The notes beneath the pieces are model-generated. The model did not search any database, was not told the origin of the DNA, and worked only from the letters and a program-made list of their open reading frames with translations. A stretch of 6,374 nucleotides of DNA from Candidatus Heimdallarchaeota archaeon (GTDB taxonomy: Archaea > Asgardarchaeota > Heimdallarchaeia > Heimdallarchaeales > Heimdallarchaeaceae): positions 1 to 6,374 of the forward strand of contig DAOVER010000097.1 in NCBI GenBank assembly GCA_030668875.1, in the 5' to 3' direction. A program made the position numbers and the translations under genes. Below, in pieces: positions 1 through 5,972 of the stretch (positions are counted from its first letter, which is position 1; each line of letters starts with the position of its first letter).

Positions 1-160
1 ATAGAGCACTTGCACACTCCGCTTCCTCCTACCCCTGATCATGAACCTCATGATTCTTCCCCTCAACGCACGTGAGGGGACCCACTTAAACGACGGTCAG
101 AATGCTTCTTGCAAGTTTGACCAAGTTTCATAACGTGCGTAGTGAAATCGCTGGAACGCT
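1..160. ncRNA. Candidate structured non-coding RNA, unassigned family, probably truncated by the left window edge
   Basis: 80/160 G+C (50%, hand count) in an otherwise AT-rich window; no convincing ORF. Hairpins at 38-44/48-54 (ATCATGA/TCATGAT), 58-65/73-80 (TCCCCTCA/TGAGGGGA), 95-99/118-122 and 126-130/143-147. Loop 66-72 (ACGCACG) is complementary to loop-located 134-140 (CGTGCGT). Confidence 0.45.
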
Positions 161-171
161 CAAAATCGTAT

Positions 172-199
172 CTTTCAGCTCTTTTTCTTTTTTTCTTTG
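172..199 (+). terminator. Possible archaeal oligo(T) terminator for a plus-strand transcript
   Basis: Pyrimidine/T tract including CTTTTTCTTTTTTTCTTT (181-198) directly after the GC-rich structured segment. The orientation of that segment is not established. Confidence 0.3.
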
Positions 200-342
200 A
201 AATTTTTATAAAAGATTAAATGGTTAGATATAGTATAAAATTGTACTGGATAATTGGATATTATATTTGTTCGTGTTGATATTCTGAAAAAGTAAATTTA
301 ACAAAGTAAAAATCCAAAATTGGACATGATTGGTAAATTGGT

Positions 343-819
343 TTAATTTAAAACATTGTTCTTAAATTCCTTCCAATTCAATATTTCAAGTGATTTCCAG
401 TCGTTTAAATCCTCTATGAATTCTCTTGCTTCTTTATCTTCAGATATCATTTTTCTATCTTCTACTCTCGCTGTTCCTAGTATCCAACAATCCATTAGAT
501 CGGTCATCCCCTTACTCCTAAGCTCATCCGCATAGATATTTACTTGGTTAATTTCCCATGAATTAAGTATAGTAAATATGTTAGAATTGAAGATATGATT
601 TATAGCTCTAGTTGATTTATCAAGATATAGCTTATCATTGTGTTTGTTAAACTGTTTAATTGCTGACCATTTACATTCAATAATTGAACAAGAGGAGATA
701 GCAATGTCTTCTTCTTTTGATAAAAATAAATTTTCTAAATCATTTTTCAGGTTCTTGATTTTTACATCAAATCCTTGAAAAGGCAACAAATAAGTTGTAT
801 CGAAAAGCCATTTAGTCAT
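343..819 (-). CDS. vapC: PIN-domain ribonuclease, VapC-like toxin
   Basis: PIN acidic tetrad pattern in the 161-aa ORF: LFD10TTYLLP, SIIE51, D110LMD113CWILGTA, ISED131. Start ATG at 819 preferred (8-nt ATGACTAA overlap with the upstream stop, GGATGA upstream); ATG at 828 is the alternative. Confidence 0.88.
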   Translation of the reverse strand: MTKWLFDTTYLLPFQGFDVKIKNLKNDLENLFLSKEEDIAISSCSIIECKWSAIKQFNKHNDKLYLDKSTRAINHIFNSNIFTILNSWEINQVNIYADELRSKGMTDLMDCWILGTARVEDRKMISEDKEAREFIEDLNDWKSLEILNWKEFKNNVLN

Positions 820-1135
820 TTGATTCATCCAAACTTACTCGGATTTGTTCTTTTTGAGCATCAGAAATTAGTTTCTTGATTTTCTTTGGTTTCATAGGTT
901 TAGTTAAAGGTGGCTCATGGAGTAGATCTAGCAGTTTTTTTACATTATCAGAAACTGGTGTATCAATATCTTGATGAAAAGTAATTGTGTCATTTAGATC
1001 CATTGTTTTTAAATTTTCCATTCCTGTTGATTGGATTTGGTAGACAGGAGCTGTATTAGCATACTCAGTAATCAAAGAATCTTTTATTTTATCCATCTTT
1101 TTCCCATTGATTAAAGAGACTTGAGTTACTACCAT
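812..1135 (-). CDS. Small hypothetical protein, putative VapB-like antitoxin
   Basis: Immediately upstream of and overlapping the PIN gene; ~107 aa; ATG at 1135 preceded by GGTGA (1145-1141). C-terminal KKLLDLLHEPPLTKPMKPKKIKKLISDAQKEQ resembles toxin-binding tails of archaeal VapB proteins (my impression). The ORF-track start at 1144 is a GTG inside the SD motif. Confidence 0.6.
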   Translation of the reverse strand: MVVTQVSLINGKKMDKIKDSLITEYANTAPVYQIQSTGMENLKTMDLNDTITFHQDIDTPVSDNVKKLLDLLHEPPLTKPMKPKKIKKLISDAQKEQIRVSLDESND

Positions 1136-1136
1136 C

Positions 1137-1793
1137 TTAATCACCTTTCTGCTTATCTTCCATTTCTTTAGCTTTAATTATCAAATCCTTTATATTTACA
1201 TTGTGTTTCTTCTCAAAATTATCTATATTTGTATCTATAATAGAGACAAGATTATAAGCTTGATCTATAGGTAAGATTACTGAATAAGCAAATAAGGTAA
1301 TTTTCTTATCATTTGAAACACCCATTTTTCTTCCAAAATATATCTTGATTTCTTTCCCTGAACTCAAGATAAGAAATCCATTAGGAGAGAAGAATCTAGT
1401 ATTTCCATATAATGTCATACCTAATTTCTTTCCTTCAATAGGTTGTATTTCTTTCGTGCTTTCTTTCTCTTCTTTTACTTTAGAAGTTTTAAAATCTTTC
1501 AAACCTTTTTCAAGAGAATCCTTGAAATTAAGTAGCTCACCATAAGATAAAATAATCATTAATTCTGAAAGGAATTCTTCTAAGTGGGGAACAAAATTTC
1601 CAAAAAAAATAGTAAAGTCTGTGTCACCTTCATGAGACACAATGTAAATTGGACAGTATTTATCAAATAATGGTTCTCTAAAAATATATATTTCCTCATC
1701 TGTTTCTTTTCCTACGAAAGGCCCTTTATAGGCATAATTGGATGGATCTAGGTTTACTGGTCCAATTTGTATCTTCTTTTCGTCCTTATTCAT
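1137..1793 (-). CDS. Hypothetical protein with two tandem DUF3467-like repeats
   Basis: 218-aa ORF; residues ~45-101 and ~134-193 align (YCP/FSP, DFTIFFG/EIKIYFG, IIL/VIL, GLKDF/NIDNF). The strands-then-long-amphipathic-helix pattern ending NIDNFEKKH resembles DUF3467 from memory. Family assignment not verified. Confidence 0.6.
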   Translation of the reverse strand: MNKDEKKIQIGPVNLDPSNYAYKGPFVGKETDEEIYIFREPLFDKYCPIYIVSHEGDTDFTIFFGNFVPHLEEFLSELMIILSYGELLNFKDSLEKGLKDFKTSKVKEEKESTKEIQPIEGKKLGMTLYGNTRFFSPNGFLILSSGKEIKIYFGRKMGVSNDKKITLFAYSVILPIDQAYNLVSIIDTNIDNFEKKHNVNIKDLIIKAKEMEDKQKGD

Positions 1794-1805
1794 CTCATTG
1801 CACTA

Positions 1806-1824
1806 ATTTATAGTAAATATAAAA
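1806..1824 (-). promoter_or_regulatory. Putative TATA box (leaderless promoter) of the three-gene operon, with adjacent short inverted repeat
   Basis: Minus-strand TTTTATAT at 1824-1817, 24-31 nt upstream of ATG 1793; no SD before that ATG. ATTTA-N3-TAAAT inverted repeat at 1806-1818. AT-rich context lowers specificity. Confidence 0.4.
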
Positions 1825-1954
1825 CAAAATAAACTTTTTCCATTCAAATTAACTATTTGAGTTATTTACAATCTTTCAATAACCTTGCTGTTTGGTTACC
1901 GTATATTTTTAAGGATGACCTTATGCGTTACGAGGACTTTCATAAGAAGGTAGG

Positions 1955-1969
1955 TTGTCAACAAGGTTA
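1955..1969. repeat. Direct repeat copy R1 (TTGTCAACAAGGTTA), includes the stop codon of SBP copy 1
   Basis: 14/15 identical to 3946-3960, at the same offset from the stop codon. Confidence 0.8.
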
Positions 1970-3874
1970 GTTCTTTTGCTTTTTTCTAATGATTATCAGA
2001 ATAATAACAGATAAACAACTAGGTAAGAATAAGGATACTGTTTCGGTTGGACTTTCATATCCTGCTGCTTCCATCCATTTCCAAGCTAAATCTAAATCAT
2101 GATGGTAAATTATGGGGAAACTACCATAACTATAGAAATTTATCATAGGCTTATGACTTAAAAGGTATACACCATCATGAATTACTTCATTTATTTCACC
2201 ACGATCTATAGCGTAACAGATTGCTTTTCTCACTGCACAAGCTTTTGTATAATTACCAAATTCTGTTCCATTTATCCACACTGAATTGTCTGAACCACCA
2301 ATATTTTCTCTTAACATATTAAATGCTAAGAAGCTAAATCCATTGTTTAGTGTACTTTGAACTTCAAATCTTGGATCTGCTTGCATTTGCTTTCTTTCAG
2401 ATGGGAAAGAGGTTAGATCGACAATATCTAAATTACCAGCTTTGAATTCTGCTAATTCTGCTGAAATATCAGGAATAACGCGAACATTGAAGGTTTCGAT
2501 GTCTAGATCTTGCTCAGTTCCATCGATAGCACCATAACCCATCCAGTATGGACTTTTTTGTAGCACAGTTACGGAGTTCTTGATGTAGTAGTCCAACATA
2601 TATTTACCACAGCTGAATGCGGATGTAGAGTAATATATCCAAGGATCTGTATCTAGGATTCCATCATAGAAACCTGTACATTTAGCACCTCCAGAAGTGT
2701 ATGAAACTTTAGAATCAGTAGAATTCAAAAAGAACTCAGGAAGAATATACTGAGGTAAGCTTGACCAGAAGTCGGCATAATATTCATGTTCGGAGGTTAG
2801 AGGATTCCCATCAATTTCAATGTGGAATTTCAATTCATCTGCTGGGTCAACATATACTTTTGTGATCCAATTTTGATTTGATGGATTTTCAGCGACAATT
2901 GAGTTTGCCCCTGCAAGATAAGTAAAAACCGCATCTTTGCCTGTGACTTTTTGATTTGTACCATCACTAACTTCACCATTCTTCAGACCAGCCATTAGTG
3001 GAGTGGTAGCTGAGTCTAGTTGATCAGAGCTAGCACTTCTACCAGTAACATTGTATGAGGGGTTCCAATATAGGTTGTCCCTCATGGTAAACGTGTAATG
3101 GAAATCTTCAATTAGGTTCCAATCTATAACTAATGAAGTTTTTAACGGGGCCAAATCTGGACTCCAACCAACAATTGATTCAGATATTAGACTAGTCAGG
3201 AAAGAGCTGGATGTATCGTCTGTTTGCAGTGGGTTCAAATCTCTCCAATTAGCGTCAGCTATACTGAATTCAGCTAGTGATTCTTGACCTTCGTGTAGAC
3301 CATCGTATTCGATGTAAGGTAAAGAATCAACAATTCCCCAACGACCGTCATAACCGATTGTGTTCGCCCATGTAGCAACATAGTTTCTAGCGCCAAAAAG
3401 AGGTAATAATGGGAGAATATTGTCCATAAATAAAATTTGCCAATCATAATACAATTGTTGCCTTTCTCCTCCATCATATAAAGTGACCGCTTCATTCTGC
3501 ATTGTTTCACTTTCATTCTGATAAGGAATATTTTTATTCAAATGAAATAGGTTCAAATTGCCTTCTTCTGTATAATAATCTCTCATATCTGGTGTTTTAA
3601 GATCTGAGAAAGCAGATAAAGTCAAATCAAAATTAACTGTCATATAAGGTTCAAAGAAACTGATGAAATCAGCTGATTCTACTGTTACCTCAACTTCTAT
3701 TCCTATTGCTCGAAGATATTGTGCTACATATAACCCATAATCTGCACAGGTCCCTACGTTTGTTCTCAATACTAAAGTGAAGTATGGTTCAACGGTTTCT
3801 TCTCCTACTGCATTTACTATACTAAAAGTGATAATAAGATAGAATATTACAGATAGAGCAATTCTTCTTTTCAT
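1967..3874 (-). CDS. ABC transporter substrate-binding protein, family 5 (OppA/DppA/NikA-like), circularly permuted, C-terminally anchored; copy 1
   Basis: 635 aa. Signal peptide MKRRIALSVIFYLIITFSIVNA; family-5 motifs DLNP, YTFTMRDNLYW, GKYML...LQKSPYW, VRVIPD..AELAEFKAGNLDI, FLAFN, VRKAICYAIDR, AWKWMEAAGY, YLRAIGIEVEV, ERQQLY..WQILFMD..PLLPL; C-terminal hydrophobic stretch + RKKQKN. Confidence 0.92.
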   Translation of the reverse strand: MKRRIALSVIFYLIITFSIVNAVGEETVEPYFTLVLRTNVGTCADYGLYVAQYLRAIGIEVEVTVESADFISFFEPYMTVNFDLTLSAFSDLKTPDMRDYYTEEGNLNLFHLNKNIPYQNESETMQNEAVTLYDGGERQQLYYDWQILFMDNILPLLPLFGARNYVATWANTIGYDGRWGIVDSLPYIEYDGLHEGQESLAEFSIADANWRDLNPLQTDDTSSSFLTSLISESIVGWSPDLAPLKTSLVIDWNLIEDFHYTFTMRDNLYWNPSYNVTGRSASSDQLDSATTPLMAGLKNGEVSDGTNQKVTGKDAVFTYLAGANSIVAENPSNQNWITKVYVDPADELKFHIEIDGNPLTSEHEYYADFWSSLPQYILPEFFLNSTDSKVSYTSGGAKCTGFYDGILDTDPWIYYSTSAFSCGKYMLDYYIKNSVTVLQKSPYWMGYGAIDGTEQDLDIETFNVRVIPDISAELAEFKAGNLDIVDLTSFPSERKQMQADPRFEVQSTLNNGFSFLAFNMLRENIGGSDNSVWINGTEFGNYTKACAVRKAICYAIDRGEINEVIHDGVYLLSHKPMINFYSYGSFPIIYHHDLDLAWKWMEAAGYESPTETVSLFLPSCLSVIILIIIRKKQKN

Positions 3875-3876
3875 AT

Positions 3877-3933
3877 GATCACATGAAATTTATTACTAAA
3901 TTGTTCGCTAAAACACTTATTAATTTTACTTAC
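3877..3933 (-). promoter_or_regulatory. Putative promoter of SBP copy 1 (BRE-like, TATA-like, SD-like)
   Basis: Minus strand: GTAAGTAAAA (3933-3924), then TTAATAAG (3923-3916); GTGAT a few nt before ATG 3874. Homologous to the region upstream of copy 2. Confidence 0.55.
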
Positions 3934-3945
3934 AATAGATATTAC

Positions 3946-3960
3946 TTGACAACAAGGTTA
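3946..3960. repeat. Direct repeat copy R2 (TTGACAACAAGGTTA) at the junction of the two SBP units
   Basis: 14/15 identical to both R1 and R3; contains the CTTG-N4-CAAG dyad (3945-3956). Confidence 0.85.
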
Positions 3961-5880
3961 TTTCATTTGTCTTTTTCTAAAGATTATTAGAATTATTAGA
4001 GATAAACAGCTTGGCAAGAATAATGACACTAATTTTACTGGTCTTTTATATCCTGCATATTCCATCCATTTCCAAGCTAAATCTAAATCGTAATCGTAAA
4101 TTATGGGAAAAGCAGGTTCATAATAAAAGAAATTAAAATTTCGCATAGGTCTATGATTTATAAGATATTCACCATCATGAAGTACCTGATTCATTTCAAC
4201 TCGGTCTATTGCATAACAAATTGCCTTTCTTACTGCACATGCTTTTGTGTAATTCCCTGATTCGGTTCCATTTACCCACACTAGATTATCTGAACCACCA
4301 ATATTTTCTTTTTTCATATTAAATGCTAAGAAGCTGAATCCATAGTTTAGTGTACTTTGAACTTCAAATCTTGCGTCAGCTTGCATACTTTTTCTTTCTT
4401 GAGGGAATGGAGCTAAGTTCACAAGATCTAATCTACCAGCTTTAAATTCTGCTAATTCTGCTGAAATATCAGGAATAACGCGAACATTTAAGGTTTCAAT
4501 ATCTAAATCTTGTTCAGTTCCGTCAATGGCACCAATACCCATCCAATACGGACTGGCTTGGAGAACTGTAACTGAGTTTCTGAGATAGTAGTCCAACATA
4601 TATTTACCACAGCCGAATGCGGAAGTACTGTAGTATACCCAAGGAGCTGTGTCTAAGATTCCATTATAGAAACCTGTACATTCAACACCACTAGAAGTGT
4701 ATGAAACTTCAGTGCTAGAGGAATTCAAGAAGAATTCAGGAAGAATGTATTTGTGTAGACTTACCCAAAATTCAGCATAATATTCAAGTTCTGGGGTTAG
4801 AGGGTCCCCATCAATTTCAATGTGGAATGTCAAATCATCTGCTTGGTCAACATAGATATTTGAAATCCAGTTATTATAAGATGGATTTTCACTAACGATA
4901 GGGTTTCCCCAAGCAAGATATGTAAAAACTGCATCTTTTGCCGTAACCTGTTGATTTATACCATTACTAACTTCCCCGTTCTTCAATCCGGTTAGAAGTA
5001 GATTGATGGTTGGGTCAAGAGGGTCAGAACTAGCATTTCTGCCAGTAATGTTGAATGAGGGGTTCCAATATAAATTATCCCTCATGGTAAATGCGTAGTG
5101 GGATTCGTCTATTTGTTTCCAATCTGAAACCAATGAAGTTTTGAGTGGAGCTAAATCAGGACTCCAACCAACAATTGGTTCAGCTATTAAGCTATACATA
5201 AAAGAACTGGATGTATCGTCTGTTGTCAGCAAGTTCAAATCTCTCCAATTCGCATCAGCTACATTGAATGCTGTTAGCGATTCTTGACCTTCATGTAAAC
5301 CATCAAACTCCATATATGGTAAAGAATCAGCTAAATCCCATCTTGAATCAAATCCCAATGTATTAGCCCATGTTGCCAAATACTGTCTAGAGCTGAAAAG
5401 GGGTAATAAAGGAAGAATTTGATCCATGAACAAAATTTGCCAATCATAATACAATTGCTGTCTCTCTTCCAAATCATCCGAAGTAATTGCTTCATTTTGC
5501 ATAGCTTCACTTTCATTTTGATATGGAATACTTCTATTTAGATTAAATATATTCAATTTACCGTTTTCGGTATAGTAGTCTCTCATATCTTGGCTTTGAA
5601 GATCAGAGAAACTCGCCATATAAAAATCAAATTGCGGATTATAGTTAGGATCAACAACTACCATAGGAAAAGACCATTCTTGGACTTTTACTTCTAATTC
5701 TATTCCTATCTCTCTAAGATATTGAGCTATGAAAAGACCATAATCCGGATAAACTCCTCCTCCTGTTGTTCTTATTACTAAATTGAAAAAAGGTTCAACA
5801 GTATCTTCACCAGCTACATTTATCACACTAAAAGTGAGAATTAGATAGAAAACTACAGAGATAGCTATTTTTCTTCTCAT
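3958..5880 (-). CDS. ABC transporter substrate-binding protein, family 5, circularly permuted, C-terminally anchored; copy 2
   Basis: Collinear paralog of copy 1 (roughly 70% aa identity by eye). Start set at ATG 5880 (MRRKIAISVVFYLIL, matches the copy 1 N-terminus, GGTGA at 5889-5885), giving 640 aa. Confidence 0.92.
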   Translation of the reverse strand: MRRKIAISVVFYLILTFSVINVAGEDTVEPFFNLVIRTTGGGVYPDYGLFIAQYLREIGIELEVKVQEWSFPMVVVDPNYNPQFDFYMASFSDLQSQDMRDYYTENGKLNIFNLNRSIPYQNESEAMQNEAITSDDLEERQQLYYDWQILFMDQILPLLPLFSSRQYLATWANTLGFDSRWDLADSLPYMEFDGLHEGQESLTAFNVADANWRDLNLLTTDDTSSSFMYSLIAEPIVGWSPDLAPLKTSLVSDWKQIDESHYAFTMRDNLYWNPSFNITGRNASSDPLDPTINLLLTGLKNGEVSNGINQQVTAKDAVFTYLAWGNPIVSENPSYNNWISNIYVDQADDLTFHIEIDGDPLTPELEYYAEFWVSLHKYILPEFFLNSSSTEVSYTSSGVECTGFYNGILDTAPWVYYSTSAFGCGKYMLDYYLRNSVTVLQASPYWMGIGAIDGTEQDLDIETLNVRVIPDISAELAEFKAGRLDLVNLAPFPQERKSMQADARFEVQSTLNYGFSFLAFNMKKENIGGSDNLVWVNGTESGNYTKACAVRKAICYAIDRVEMNQVLHDGEYLINHRPMRNFNFFYYEPAFPIIYDYDLDLAWKWMEYAGYKRPVKLVSLFLPSCLSLIILIIFRKRQMK

Positions 5881-5884
5881 TAGT

Positions 5885-5940
5885 TCACCAAGGGATTTGT
5901 CACCAAATATTACGCTCAAACACCTATAAACTTTTCTTAC
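5885..5940 (-). promoter_or_regulatory. Putative promoter of SBP copy 2 (BRE-like, TATA, SD)
   Basis: Minus strand: GTAAGAAAAG (5940-5931), TTTATAGG (5930-5923), GGTGA (5889-5885). Spacing matches copy 1. Confidence 0.6.
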
Positions 5941-5952
5941 AATGGATATCAC

Positions 5953-5967
5953 TTGACAACAAGGTCA
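5953..5967. repeat. Direct repeat copy R3 (TTGACAACAAGGTCA)
   Basis: 14/15 identical to R2; 5951-5965 is identical to 3944-3958. Confidence 0.85.
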
Positions 5968-5972
5968 ATAAG

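Noticed and set aside
67-140. Group II intron 5' end (GTGCG at 71-67 on minus or 135-139 on plus)
   Set aside because: No DV/DVI or recognisable domain I consensus follows; both GTGCG instances are part of the loop-loop complementarity.
313-324. TCCAA-AA-TTGGA palindrome downstream of the PIN gene
   Set aside because: Short, AT-rich and single copy; not distinguishable from chance.
1345-1545. 66-aa plus-strand ORF
   Set aside because: Entirely antisense to the 218-aa gene; Phe/Ser-rich composition typical of a shadow of Lys/Glu codons.
1896-1943. Micro-ORF MKVLVTHKVILKNIR as a real gene
   Set aside because: Only 15 codons, no clear SD; the resemblance to a Rossmann-type start is expected by chance.
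1880-1969. IS630/Tc1-type MITE with TA target duplication
   Set aside because: The right-hand inverted repeat is the same motif found unpaired at 3946 and 5953 and includes the SBP stop codon, so it predates any insertion.
3274-3516. 80-aa alternate-frame ORF inside SBP copy 1, with a counterpart at 5331-5516 in copy 2 (MKVKQC/MKVKLC)
   Set aside because: The shared start simply reflects conservation of the main SBP frame; lengths differ (80 vs 61 aa) and no SD or domain is evident.
5331-5516. 61-aa alternate-frame ORF inside SBP copy 2
   Set aside because: Same reasoning: by-product of the overlapping conserved coding frame.
5881-5952. 24-aa N-terminal extension of SBP copy 2 in the ORF track
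   Set aside because: It runs through the duplicated promoter region; ATG 5880 has a GGTGA SD and aligns with the copy 1 start.
1955-5967. Integron attC or CRISPR interpretation of the three repeats
   Set aside because: Repeats are 15 bp and ~2 kb apart, lack attC R/L-box hairpin structure, the units carry their own promoters, and no integrase or cas gene is in view.
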